Shown here in pieces: positions 1 through 19,080 of a stretch of DNA of 64,000 bases. Below the pieces are notes generated by a model. It was not told where the DNA came from and did no database searches. It saw only the letters and a program-made list of their open reading frames with translations. The position numbers and the translations under genes are program-made. Source of the DNA: Sminthopsis crassicaudata (taxonomy: Eukaryota). The number at the start of each line of letters is the position of its first letter. The stretch's first letter is position 1. The DNA lies in NCBI RefSeq assembly GCF_048593235.1, contig NC_133618.1, positions 389,502,562 to 389,566,561 of the forward strand. Direction: 5' to 3'.

Positions 1-444
1 TGAGAACTCATAAGTTCTCAAACTTGAAGGAAATAGGAATCATCAGCTGCTTACAATCTGGATGCTACTGTTTGCTTCCTCCCTATCCCACCCTATCATT
101 TTCTCTCAAAAGCATTGTAGAATTGAGTGTGGCTTTTTTTTTTTTTGGTCCAAATCATTTCTTTTTTAGGACAGATATTTACTGTTGGCTTTAAGATTTG
201 GAAGACCACATTCTTGACGGAAGCATTTGCTTTTAAACCACTTTTTAAAAAAGCATTTATATAAATAAATATATAAGTACATATGTATATGGTGTGGGAT
301 AATGTTGTGAATGTTTATAACACTTTTATGGGTAGCTCTTCAGAAAAGAACTTTAAAAAAAAATTAGAATTCGAAGGATAATATCTGGTACATGTTTCCT
401 GTGAAATTATTTGCTTTATTTTGAGAAAAATAATGAAGAGACGC

Positions 445-465
445 GTGGTGGCGCTGCAGACTAAG
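445..465 (+). promoter_or_regulatory. Protocadherin promoter CSE / CTCF-type site (gene 1)
   Basis: GTGGTGGCGCTGCAGACTAAG with CGCT core at 452-455, 242 bp upstream of ATG 694; same motif recurs before the other paralogs. Confidence 0.9.
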
Positions 466-654
466 TAGAAGCAGAAAAGATTTGCGAATATGCTAATACC
501 CAACCAGAAAGAGAGGCCAGAATCAGACATTTTGGAAGCTGAGAGGAAGCTTTGTTAGTGGCAACTGGAGAAAGGAATCAGTTCTTCCAGACAGACTGAC
601 GAAAGTGACAGCCTCTGACTACCATTTACGGTCAAGCTGGGCTACTCACACTGA

Positions 655-3042
<2,388 letters not shown>

Positions 3043-3664
3043 GAAATATCTTGTGTTTCACTTAATATTTTGACCTTTATTTAAATGGGTCATCCTACCC
3101 ACCCTACCCCATTCTTTCTCTGTGTGGCAAAAAAAAAAATACACAGTTAAGTAACATCCCATTTTATTATATTTGTCCTCTTTTCTATTTTCAGAAACGT
3201 TTTGCTCTCCTCTCTGCATTCTTAATTCTGAAGGAAGCACAGTACTCTGATTTCTGAATTTCCCAGTAATATTATAAATTAATTACATGCAAATGGCATA
3301 AATTACAAATGGCATGAGGTTATGGTATTAAAATGTAGTTGTGGTATACTACTATACTACTTTAAATAAGCTTATAACACTTTTCATCTGAAGTCTCTGA
3401 GGTTTGGCACTAAACATCCTACAAAAAAAAAGGGATTGGCCTAAAATCATTTTACATGAATATTTTCTTTTTCCCTTCAGTGAATATAGCCCATTAATTT
3501 CCCACTGTGCCAATCAAATGGTAATAATATCTTGTTCAAATGAGTGTTGTTAAATAATCTCCTTTTTAATATCAGAGTCTGTGGTCTTTGAGAGTTTTAA
3601 TTTTAAAAAATCTGATACTGTTTACAGAACATCAGATATGGAAAAGTTACAAGGTAACAAATCT

Positions 3665-3765
3665 TGAGGTAAAGAGATCTTAGAAATTATCTGTTCCAGC
3701 TCCTTATTTTTACAGATAAGGAAACTGAAACCAAGAGAGATACAATTATTTGCTCTGTCATATAA
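3665..3765 (-). mobile_element. MIR-like SINE fragment
   Basis: Contains TTTTACAGATAAGGAAACTGAAACC, resembling the MIR core in reverse orientation; boundaries approximate. Confidence 0.55.
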
Positions 3766-4004
3766 GTAATAATTATCAGATGTAGGATGTCAATTTCAGT
3801 TGTACATGTTGTTTTCCCCACATCATTCAGGCCAATTTCTCCTATGATTGTCTTTAATTTTTTTCATGGTTAAAATCTAAGAAATATGATTTTATATAAA
3901 CTTTTGTGAAACAAGGCATATTTATCAGTGCTGGAAGTAGAAAAGTTACTTAAGAAAGACAAGTGCAAACTAACTTTCTTTTTTTTTTTCCAAGAGAGAA
4001 AACT

Positions 4005-4368
4005 TTTTTTTCTGTTTATTTTTTAATAGCTTTTTATTGACAGAACATGTCTGGGCAATTTTTTACAACATTGTCCCTTGTAGTCACTTCTGTTCCGACT
4101 TTTCCCTTCCCTCCCTCCATCCCCTCCCCTAGATGGCAGGCAGTGTTATACATGTTAAATATGTTAAAGTATATTCTAGATACAATATACATGTGCAGAT
4201 TCATACAGTTCTCTTGTTGCACAAGAAGAATTGGATTCAGAAGGTAAAAATAACCTGGGAAGAAAAACAAAAATGCAAGTTGTCTACATTCATTTCCCAG
4301 TGTTTTTTCTCTAGGTGTAGGTGGTTCTGTCCATCATTGATCAATTGGAATTGAATTAGATCTTCTTT
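4005..4368 (-). mobile_element. L1 3'-end fragment (marsupial type)
   Basis: Poly-T followed by CCCTCCCCTAGATGGCAGG...CTGTCCATCATTGATCA, homologous in reverse to the 3' UTR after the ORF2 fragment at 61450-61800. Confidence 0.8.
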
Positions 4369-4705
4369 TTTGCATCCTCAAACTTATGATTTGTTCTTGC
4401 TCTTATGGTCTCTAAAAACCATCCCCGATGGGCCTACTACATGAAGGTGTGATTTTTTAGCTTTAAAATTGTGTTAAAATGCTTGAATGATTGGAGCCTT
4501 TTCACAGTACTTATCTTTAACATTTATATATATGGTATTAGATAAAATCCTAAATTAAGACATAGTGTCATTTCTTAGTGCTTGTAACATTAATATGTAC
4601 TCTCTTGTAAAGAATGAGCCAGAGACCCGTTGAAAGACATAAAGTAATTCAAGACAGGGCACCTGGCATGATTATTAACTACATTCTGAGATGATGATTA
4701 ACCGC

Positions 4706-4726
4706 GTGGTGGCGATGCAGGCTAAG
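4706..4726 (+). promoter_or_regulatory. CSE / CTCF-type site with variant core CGAT (gene 2)
   Basis: GTGGTGGCGATGCAGGCTAAG; CGAT at 4713-4716 replaces CGCT; 237 bp upstream of ATG 4950. Confidence 0.85.
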
Positions 4727-4904
4727 AAGACGCAGAAAAGATCAGCGGATACGCCAATTCCCAGAAAAACAGTGCTGAATCAATCAGACAAGAACAGGAG
4801 CTTTTTTTAACGAACTAAAGGAAGGGTTCGGGCGCCTCAAATTTCTGAGATACCAATCAGACAGTAAAGTCATAGCCTTGAATTATCGTTGGCAGTTGCG
4901 CTAG

Positions 4905-7322
<2,418 letters not shown>

Positions 7323-9599
7323 GATTTAATATGTGCTGCAATGCATGGAGGCTAGAGTTTATGGCATCCTTCCCTTTCGTCTTTCATTAGTTGCTTGTCC
7401 TCCTATAGCATGAAAGAGGAATTTTTCATACTTTTACATTTTGCCATAAGGTTTTAAATTTCCATACCAATCCTACACACATATTTTCCTTTTCTCCCTG
7501 CATTCTTTTCCTGTAAATCTTTCTCTTCTCTTTTTGTTCCCTTACATCTTAAAATTATACCCTATTAATTTTTTTTAATGAGTGGACTGCCATATTTTCC
7601 CTTCCTCATTTAAAATTTAAATTTTAACATTTCTTTGTCAAGTAATTAAGCCAATGTTTTTCAAGTGCTCAAATTTGATTGTGACTCCTTACTCTCACTC
7701 AGACTTATCCTCTTCTGTATGACTAACAAAAAAATGTTTTCCAAGAGTTCTTTCTTATTATGACAATAAAAATAATTGTGGTTCTCCTGAAGGGCAAACT
7801 AAGCATCTGTTCTGACCTTCGGGGGGATTTTTCTCCTCTTATTTACACCACTTTTAACATGGAAGATCTTCAGATAATGGTAATAATATTGTAACCTACT
7901 AGCTGTGGCCCTGTAATTTTTATAATTTACCATATACTTTAAAAAGTTAAGATAGAAGCTATTTGCTTGGATTTTGTTTTTAAGTGTTTCATTGACTTCA
8001 CTGAAAATATTCTTATTTGTTGTTTCTGTTGTCCCCTAAATAATGTCTAAAAAACAAGGTCTAATGAAGAACTAATGATTGATGAAAAATTGGTATAACA
8101 TACCTTTATGAAGGTAATGAAGGCAATTCTATGGTAAATTCTGGTGAAGAAAGAGTATGTGAAAAAAAGGACGACTATGTGCTAATTTGGAGACAACTGG
8201 GAAATACTAAATGAAGACTTCTCATCACTGAATAGTCCAATGACATTGCTCATTTATGATGATTTCTAATCTTTACATATTCTCAATATAAATTTGAAGA
8301 AGTAGGGTCATGCCTGTTGTTACTGTTCCTTAAAGTCATTCTTGTGAACTACTTTGTATGTGTTTATGCCACTTTTCCCCTTCAGTTCCATAGATTTGAA
8401 TATTTGCATCATTTAAAAGGTCAAGGCTTCTACCTTGCAGGGTTGTTGTGAAGTTCAAATGAGATGTTTATAAAGTTCTTAGCATGGTACTTAGCAAAAA
8501 ATAAGAATTAATAAATGATTATTATTTTCTCCTCCAGGACCTGAAAATAAGTTTAAATAACTATGTCTTAGTTTTCTCGTTATTTAAACTATTTTTCAAT
8601 ATGAAGGAACATTCCACTTCATGAGTGTCACCATTTTGGACAATGTTCATGCTTTTATAATATCTGTTTGAGATCTTCGAGAGACTTCATATGTACCTCT
8701 TCTGCATTTTATTATGGAATGTCTTACCCAGAAGGGTTTTCTAATTTTTCAATCAATTAGTGTTCAATCAATGTTCAATTTTGAAGAAATGCTATTTATG
8801 GCACATTTCTAATTTTTACAGAACATATTATCACTTGAATTTGAAAGTAGAAGAAAGTTGCATTTATTTGAGGCCACAATCTATCCTTTAACCTGCAAAA
8901 ACATAACTTTTTTTTATTTTAAAAGATAGATTAAGATGATAAACCATATCTCACTCTATCATCATTTGAAATTCAATGTTAATTGGAATTCAATGGGATT
9001 CAAGCATTTTTCTTTGCATGAACTGATGCACAAAGATGTGTGATTTTTCTTTTCAAATTGAGGAACAACTTACCAGTGATTTAGTAGACAATTGATAGGA
9101 AAGAGCTTCTGGAGCACAAATATTCAGTGGCTCAACTGTGGTCACATACGTAATAAATATCAAAAGAGAAATTTTTTTTTACTGTGCATTCCTGACTACA
9201 ATTAAACAGGTTTTTCTCCTGAGCCATGCTGTCTCTTTTTGGGAGTAATGTTTCCATTTAAAAATGATCCTGTTCTTTGCAGTTCTATATCTATGATCTT
9301 ATATCATTAAAACCTATAATAGAGAATATGAAAGTGGTATGGAGGGGGAGTTTTCAATGTCTTAACATTAACAGTAGGATTGGTATATACTGCAATTTTT
9401 TTTCTTCCGTTTTGCTCTTCTGGTTGTTTTAAAAATTGAAAAAATTAAAAATTGGTGAATTAGCAACTTTGTAAAGCAAAGTCATTATCTTCTTGGTAGT
9501 AGAGGAAAAGAGCAAAGTTAAAAGCTGTTTCAGAATTATTCCCTCTCTCTGTCTCAGTCTCTCTGTCTTTCTCTGTTTCTCTTGGTTTAGGTTTTTAAA

Positions 9600-9990
9600 A
9601 TTTTAAGCATTTTATTTTTATTTTAACAAACACCAAAAATTACATATAAAAGAGAACAGATTGTTGTACATAAAATCCCAAATCTCTGTTACTTATACTT
9701 CATTTTAAAATGCACATATTATGAATTTAATATTACTTTAAAAAATTGTACTGCTTGTCTATGTTTTCTTCTCTCTGCTGTGTAGGTATTAAAATGCTAA
9801 AATAATGTTTGTTCATTTGTTTTAATTTCTTATCTCTTCTCCCCCTCCCAACATTTCTATAAAAGTCATTGTCTAAGAAATGAAGTTCCATTTGCCAGAT
9901 TCTCCTCCTTTCTAGACCAATTGGCTGAAATCATCATCTATTGCCCACACTCAGTCTATAATGAACTTTCCAAGAAATTCCTTTTCTCAG
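9600..9990 (-). mobile_element. Old L1 3' UTR-like fragment
   Basis: T-rich start and degraded similarity to the other reverse-oriented L1 3' ends; boundaries approximate. Confidence 0.4.
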
Positions 9991-10171
9991 GAAACACAGT
10001 TTTGACCTGAGCCTGCGTTGTCAGATTATCAGTTTCCTAGGTGGTATTGTTGTTGTTCAGTGATGTCTGTCTTTTTCTGGGCCCATTTGGGATTTTCTAG
10101 GTAATGATACTAGAATAGTTTCATATTTCTTTCTCTAGCTTATTTTTACAAATCTGGAAGCTGAAACAAAT

Positions 10172-10287
10172 AGAGTTAAGTTCCTTGTCCAGGATTACAC
10201 AGCTTCAAATTATCTGAGGCAAAATTGAACTTAGGAAGATAAGTCTTCCTGACTCCAGGCCTGGCACTCTGTCCACTGAGCCAACTA
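10172..10287 (-). mobile_element. CORE-SINE fragment
   Basis: GTCTTCCTGACTCCAGGCCTGGCACTCTGTCCACTG is the reverse complement of a SINE head (A/B-box region). Confidence 0.65.
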
Positions 10288-10936
10288 AAGGCTTTGGGTG
10301 GTAAATAATGAATCATAAAACGGTGATATCTAAAGTCTGATAGCAAAGAGACCTTTGATCACAGAACCTTTCCATCATTTCAGTTGTGAAGAGGAAAGAT
10401 CTTTGATCACCAGAAATAATAGATAGGGAATGTTTTACATTTTTGGTTTTATAGATTCACAGACTTGAGCGCAATAGGAAGCATCATCTGTCTTCAGTCT
10501 GGATAGTGCCATTTTCTTTCTCCCTACCTCTCCCTGGTCCATCCACTCTTCATCATTTACTCTCTGTGTCTGCCTCTTGATCTCAACAGTAGTCCCTCTT
10601 AGTATTGAAGAATAGAGTATTGTTTTTGTGTTTTGTTTTGTTTTTGTTTTTTTGGTCTAAGTCTTTTCTTTTGCAGGTTAGATATTCTTTATTGTCTTCA
10701 AGATCTGTAAGGCTGTACTCTTGACTAGAATGTTCTTTTAAGCCAACTTTTAGAAACATATATGTGTGTGTGTATGGCACGGGACAATGTTATATATGGT
10801 TATGAAAATTACATAGTTAGCCCCACAAAAATTAAGTTATATACCATTTGTTCTATAAAATACAATTCGAAGGATGATATCTGATACAAATCCCATATGA
10901 CATCTAATTAATTCTGAGAAAAATAATGAAGAACGC

Positions 10937-10957
10937 GTGGTGGCGCTGCAGACTAAG
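10937..10957 (+). promoter_or_regulatory. CSE / CTCF-type site (gene 3)
   Basis: GTGGTGGCGCTGCAGACTAAG, identical to the gene 1 motif; 219 bp upstream of ATG 11163. Confidence 0.9.
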
Positions 10958-11147
10958 AACTCAGAAAACTTCGCGAATTCTCCAATTACCCAGATCTAGA
11001 GACCAGAATCCGACATTTCGGAAGCGGAGAAGAAGCTTTGTTAATTTCATCTGGAGAAAGAGATCAGTTATCCCACCCAGGCACACAAAAGTGGGAGCTC
11101 TGGTTACCGTTTGCGTTTGTAATAGAGCTGAGAAATTTGAGAAGTGA

Positions 11148-13526
<2,379 letters not shown>

Positions 13527-13699
13527 AATAACTACACTTAGGAATACAGTTTTAAGAACAGACTTAGGATATCTTTTTCCCTCATCAGTTTTACTCACTC
13601 ATTCTAATTTCTTCCTTAAGAAATTCAATATATAACTTGTTTGTATGTAATAAATTTCTCATTCACAGTTGTATCCTCTCATTTGCATTAGTATTAGAA

Positions 13700-14220
13700 A
13701 TAAAGTAACATCCTGTAGATAGTGAAAAATTGTGCTTCTAACCTCTCTCGCTCTTTTTATAAAGCTTTTTATTTTCAAAACATAGGCATGGATAATTTGA
13801 CAACATTGATCCTTGCATAATTTTGTGTTTCAGATTTTCTCCTCCTTCCCCCTATCACCTCCCGTAGATGGCAAGCAATTCAATATTAACATGTTAAACA
13901 TATTAAAATATGTTAATATATATTAAATCCAATATGTATAAACATATTTATACAATTCTCTTGCTGCATAAAAGAAATCAGATCAAAAAAAGAAAGTAAA
14001 TGAGTAAGAAAACAAAATAAAAGTGAACAACAACAAAAAGAGTGACAATGTTATGTCTATATTCAGTTCCTACAGTCCTCTCTGTGTGTAGATGGCTCTC
14101 TTCATCATAAGATCATTTAAATTGGTATCAATTATCTCATTGTTGGAAAGAGTTATGTTCATCAGAATTGATGGTCGTATAATATTGTTGTCGTGCACAA
14201 TGCTCTTCTTGTTCTTCTGC
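13700..14220 (-). mobile_element. L1 3'-end fragment
   Basis: T-rich tail, CCTCCCGTAGATGGCAAG and CCATCAGAATTGAT-like blocks matching the other reverse L1 copies. Confidence 0.7.
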
Positions 14221-14886
14221 TTCTAATCTCACAACAAAACTAAGTAAAAGTTCTGCAGTTGTCTGCTAAATTTTTCTTTTGAAATTTAAACAATCTACAT
14301 TTAAATTTTATCCTTTTCTTCAATAACTTTTTTGTTCCTTGGTTTTTAGATTTTATTTTTTACTCAGAAAATTGTCAGTAGATAATGATTTAAAGTTGGT
14401 TTTGGCACTGCTGCGCACCTCAATTTCTTTATATGAAAAAACTATGTTGGCCTAGATCATATCTAACATCTATTACAGTATTAACAATTTGTTGCCCTAT
14501 TATTCTTATTAAACATCTAGAATGTGAAAAAAATATTGCCTTCATTTTAAGGAACAGAGAAAAGTTTATGCATGTCTTTAAAACTATGTCTTAATATGCT
14601 ACCAAAATGGATAATTATTGTGTCATTTTTATATCATCTAATTGACCTTTACAAACTGTTGTGTGCGAGCATTTGTTCCTATTTCTAACATTTGTGTTGA
14701 AAAGTAGAGAGTTTGATATCATTTAGAGTCTTCTTTCCACCAGAAGTCAATTAATCACCATGCCTTGTAGATATTTATTGGTTTACACTTACTTTTTCAA
14801 ACACTACTCCTTGCTGTAAATCAGGTAATCATTATGACTGAGGATTTATTTTCTTTTTATAATAGAAGTATTAACAATTAGGTATA

Positions 14887-15009
14887 GGGGGCAGCTAGAT
14901 GGTGAAGTGGATAGAGCACCAGCCCTGAATTCAGGAGGACCCTAGTTCAAATCTGGTCTCAGACACTTAACACTTCCTAGCTGTGTGACCCTGGGCAAGT
15001 CACTTAACC
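14887..15009 (+). mobile_element. Marsupial CORE-SINE (WSINE1/SINE1_Mdo-like), cut by an N gap
   Basis: GGGGCAGCTAGATGGTGAAGTGGATAGAGCACC...AGTTCAAATC...GTGTGACCCTGGGCAAGTCACTTAACC. Confidence 0.85.
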
Positions 15010-15219
15010 NNNNNNNNNNNNNNNNNNNNNNNNNNNNNNNNNNNNNNNNNNNNNNNNNNNNNNNNNNNNNNNNNNNNNNNNNNNNNNNNNNNNNNNNNNN
15101 NNNNNNNNNNNNNNNNNNNNNNNNNNNNNNNNNNNNNNNNNNNNNNNNNNNNNNNNNNNNNNNNNNNNNNNNNNNNNNNNNNNNNNNNNNNNNNNNNNNN
15201 NNNNNNNNNNNNNNNNNNN
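15010..15219. other. Assembly gap (N run)
   Basis: Run of N. Confidence 0.99.
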
Positions 15220-15818
15220 ATGAATCTCAGTTTCCTGATGTATAAAATTAAGATAATGGCAGTACTTATTTTACAGGATTATTGTAAGAATAAAATAAAA
15301 TTGGTCATGTAAGACTTTTCTCAAATCTTAAAGTACTTTAAAAATAAGAACTATCATTAACATCCAGGGTGAATAAAGGCTAGTTCCTATTTTATCATAT
15401 TTTCACATTGACTTATATGAAATAAATTAGAGTAATGTACAGTACTACAGTAATGATCACAGTGAAACAAAATAAAGAGCCATCAAATGACACATGAAAT
15501 TTTAAAATAGAAAGTATAGCTAAAAGTTTAGCTCAAGAAGAGCCCTCATTCACTACATATAACCAAGGGAAATGTTTCTGAGAACAAATTGAGTTCAATC
15601 TGATCACTGGCGAAGGTGATAAAAAAAATTTGGAGGACCTAAACTCAGGATAGAGTTGTGCTTTAGTCAGCTCCTATGGGCTTGGTAAGGATGACTGTTA
15701 AATTTTCATTGTGTGTATTATACCTTAGAAATCAGCAATTGCTATAAATGAAGTCTTGGATCATTGGTTTCTTCATTGTCTAGATTTTTATAAAAGTGCT
15801 AACCACTCAAATTTAAGT

Positions 15819-15825
<7 letters not shown>

Positions 15826-15867
<42 letters not shown>

Positions 15868-15870
15868 TGT
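15826..15870. repeat. (TG)n microsatellite
   Basis: Direct reading. Confidence 0.95.
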
Positions 15871-16483
15871 AAGTAATATGAGTGAGTGTGGGTGTAGGTA
15901 TGCATATTTCATTCTCTTCTTCTCTCCATCTTTATTATTAAATATTTATCAGCAAAATCCTTCGTTATTCTAGAAATGTCACTCAAGCTCAGAAATAGTA
16001 TGATAGATGTAAAAAATGAAGTTGTCACCAGACTATTAACTATATACTATGAAAATAGAACTTTACAATTTTTAAAATAAAATTTAACTTTTACAAAATG
16101 CTTTACATCCATTATAGAACAGAGTCTTGTAGTGCCCCTGATCTGACTCCCCTAATTTCTATGGTACATCTCACAGTCCTGGTAAAGCATTAGGAATAGA
16201 ATGTCACTCCAGGTTTTCCAGAAATTTAATACAACACTTGAGACACTGTGTGAGGATTGAAAGCACCATTTAGGCTAAGTTAGTTGTGGGAGGCAAAGCT
16301 AAGTCCACTTATAATCGTACCTGAAAGAGAAGCAATTCAGCAGAAAAAAAATTTTTTTCAAGTTTTACTCTTTACGGTTCGAGTGGGCTCAAACATCTTT
16401 CAATGGAAGAGGAAAAGAAGAATGATGCCCATTGTAGGTAATGTGGGAGGAGTGGGGGAAGAGTCTCTTTGAGAATAGCAAGT

Positions 16484-16986
16484 AGCAATTTGGAACTATG
16501 TTCAAAAAGTTATCAAACTGTGCATTCCCTTTGATCCAGCAGTATTTCTCTTGGGCCTATATCACAAAGAGATCTTAAAGGAAAAAAAGGGATCCACATG
16601 TGCAAAAATGTTTGTGGCAGCCCTTTTTGTAGTGGCAAGAAACTGGAAACTGAGTGGATGCCCATCAGTTGGAGAATGGCTGAATAAGTTATGGTATATG
16701 AATGTTATGGAATATTATTGTTCTATAAAAAATGATCAAGAAAATGATTTTAGAAAGGCCTGGAGAGACTTACATGAACTGATGCTAAGTGAAGTGAGCA
16801 GAATCAGGAGATCATTGTACATGATGACATCAATATTATGACAATCAACTCTGATGAGTATGATGCTTTCCAACAATGGGATGATTGATACCAGTTCTAA
16901 TAATCTTGTGATGGAGAGAGCCATCTACACCCAGAGAGAGGACTATAGGAAGTGAATGTGGATCACGACATAACATTACTCACTCT

Positions 16987-16988
<2 letters not shown>
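16484..16988 (+). mobile_element. L1 ORF2 C-terminus plus start of 3' UTR
   Basis: ORF 16551-16841 ([23 protein letters not shown]...WRDLHELMLSE) is the L1 ORF2 C-terminal region. Confidence 0.9.

Positions 16989-16992
<4 letters not shown>

Positions 16993-17045
<53 letters not shown>
16993..17045. repeat. (GA)n microsatellite, probably within the LTR R region
   Basis: Direct reading; abuts the LTR sequence at 17046-17228. Confidence 0.95.
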
Positions 17046-17047
<2 letters not shown>

Positions 17048-17269
17048 TCAATTGCCTCTTCCTCCTCCTACTCTTCCCCCCTCACATCACTTTCCCCTCT
17101 TTGTTCCACCAATCAAGTCAGCACAGAATAGTCAACCTTCAAACAAGTTAATAGGGAACCGTCCAATTGGCAATTAGTCTCACGTGCTCCATTATCCAAG
17201 TGCATTTGCTCAGTTCTTGCCCTTTACATCTCCCGCTTTCTTTTGTTTTAGACCACAGGTGGTCCCGCC

Positions 17270-17420
17270 ATCCCTGACTTTTCAGGGAGGTGAGAACCCC
17301 AAAAAGGAGGTGATCACCCCCCCAACTTCTCAGGAGGGGAGATGAAAGCACTAAAAAGGAGATAATCACGCCCTCCCCAACATCTCAGGAAGGGAGATGA
17401 AAAGCACCAAAGGGAAGTGG
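17270..17420. repeat. About three copies of a ~53-bp tandem repeat in the ERV 3' internal region
   Basis: Recurring CCCCAAC(T/A)TCTCAGGA(G/A)GGGAGATGAAA(A)GCAC...AAAGG blocks. Confidence 0.7.
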
Positions 17421-17744
17421 GGATTGCTAGCAGGTTTCTGGGTTGAAGGGCCTTATTAGAGACAAGTATGCACAAACCCATCAGCATGGGAGTTATTACA
17501 CAAGCACATAGCAATAATGCAGAGGCTATTAGTGATAACTCCCCACAGTCAGTGCAGACTTGATGTGGTGTAACAACCATTAATTGTACATGAAAGTAGT
17601 GATATAACAAACAATATAAATCAACACGGTTTCGTAAAAGATTTCCAGAAGTCCTAGAAGGAGGGTATATAAATATCAGTCACACATACACCTTCTTCAG
17701 CAACCAAGAGATAGTCCAAAACCAATCTATTGCCCATTGCTTCA

Positions 17745-18020
17745 TGTGTTAGGGAATTCAATGATCCTCACAAGTTTTTGAAGTCCTGCATCAGTCTTTT
17801 TATATGTTAGGGAATCCAATGATTCCTACAGGTTTTGAAGTCCTGCAACAGTCTTATGATGCCTCAGAGAATCCAATAATTCCTGAGGACTTTCAAGTCC
17901 TACAATAGTCTTATGATGTCTCAGAGAATCCAATGATTCCTGAAGGTTTTCAAGTCCTACAATAGTCTTATGATGTCTCAGAGAATCCAATGATTCCTGA
18001 GGATTTTCAAGTACAACAAT
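17745..18020. repeat. 57-bp tandem repeat, about 5 copies, inside the ERV
   Basis: TCCT anchor recurs at 17824, 17881, 17938 and 17995 (period 57), with a more diverged copy at 17765. Confidence 0.9.
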
Positions 18021-18583
18021 TTTTTATGTCCATGAGTCAAACGCCATAACTGCCAGGTTCTTTCAGTGGTGGGCACAGTCAGCAATGGAACCACCCGATG
18101 TTTCTTGGGTCTTCTCCTTCATTTTAAGGGTCTGCTCCATCTCTCTCCAATGGACAAGGCAAATATGGCTCGTTGGCACCCATCTGATTCCTTCTCCATC
18201 TGTGGAGATACAAGCAAACCCTCTCCCCCAAGCGGTTAACCTATCTGGTCCTTTCCATTCACCACTTTCTGGGTCTCTCCACATAACCTGGCGATTATCT
18301 AAAGACAGTAGAACTGCTCTCACTGGACACTGCCCTTCTGGTGGGTTATAAAACCTGTCTGCCGGAGCCAGTGCATCTTTGTCAAAAATTTAAAAATGGT
18401 ATAGAGAACTAAATTTAGAAGTTTTCTAGGGTTACCCGTGGCTCCCCCTTTCTTTTGTTTTTGGAGGAGTGTCTTAATATCTCTGTTTCTTCTCTCTACT
18501 ATTACCTGCCCTTGAGGATTAAAGGGTATGCCAGGGGTATGTAAAATCTGCAATTAATCTCATGTGTTCCATTATCCAAGTGC

Positions 18584-18733
18584 NNNNNNNNNNNNNNNNN
18601 NNNNNNNNNNNNNNNNNNNNNNNNNNNNNNNNNNNNNNNNNNNNNNNNNNNNNNNNNNNNNNNNNNNNNNNNNNNNNNNNNNNNNNNNNNNNNNNNNNNN
18701 NNNNNNNNNNNNNNNNNNNNNNNNNNNNNNNNN
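18584..18733. other. Assembly gap (N run)
   Basis: Run of N. Confidence 0.99.
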
Positions 18734-18920
18734 TTTAGCTTTTATGGGAAAATATTAAGTTATTGTTTCCGATACCTGTCGACTATGCAGGTTAAGAAGG
18801 CTCTGTGTGCAACCCAATTCCTATCAGAGTAAGAGCAGAGTTGGGAAATAAACTCAGTCAAGGCAAAATTTTGTAAGGAGTTGCTGAGAGCCCAAACCGC
18901 AACTTCCAGACAGCAACCCC
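18734..18920 (+). promoter_or_regulatory. Orphan decayed copy of a PCDHB promoter/5' UTR with scrambled CSE
   Basis: Colinear matches to 19365-19564, e.g. TGCAGGTTAAGAAGGC vs TGCAGGCTAAGAAAGC and CTTCCAGACAGCAACCC vs CTTCCAGAGACAGCAATCC; no CDS follows. Confidence 0.7.
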
Positions 18921-18997
18921 AAATGGAATCATGAAAAGTTGAATATGGCTGAACAATAACAATAAAGGGATACCTAATATTTGATAGAAATACAAAC

Positions 18998-19080
18998 ATG
19001 GCAAATCATTCCACTATCTTAGCCAAGAAAACCCCAAATGGAATCATGAAGGGTTGGATAGAGTTGAACAACAACAATAA
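18998..19080 (+). mobile_element. MIR/MAR1-like SINE 3' fragment, partly duplicated at 18914-18990
   Basis: ATGGCAAATCATTCCACTATCTTAGCCAAGAAAACCCCAAATGG...GTTGAACAACAAC resembles the MAR1/MIR tail. Confidence 0.6.

Larger units (their letters stand above)
17046..18583 (-). mobile_element. Deleted betaretrovirus-like (class II) ERV: partial LTR, PPT, internal repeats, integrase 3' half
   Basis: Minus-strand peptides HTPGIPFNPQGQVIVERRNRDIK...QKQKKGG and WRDPESGEWKGPDRLTAWGRGFACI are integrase core end and C-terminal domain. PPT AAAACAAAAGAAAGCGGGAGA (17229-17249) is followed directly by LTR start TGTAAAGGG at 17228. Confidence 0.85.

Noticed and set aside
14985-15245. ORFs spanning N runs (also 18564-18758 and 58662-58949)
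   Set aside because: Artefacts of translating assembly gaps.
16128-16483. Possible R/U5 continuation of the ERV LTR beyond the L1 fragment (minus-strand AGTAAA, end ...CACTACA)
   Set aside because: I could not find homology to the related solo LTR or a TSD around the L1; it stays unsupported without a repeat-library search.
17745-18020. CRISPR-like array
   Set aside because: The units are contiguous tandem copies with no unique spacers, inside a mammalian ERV.
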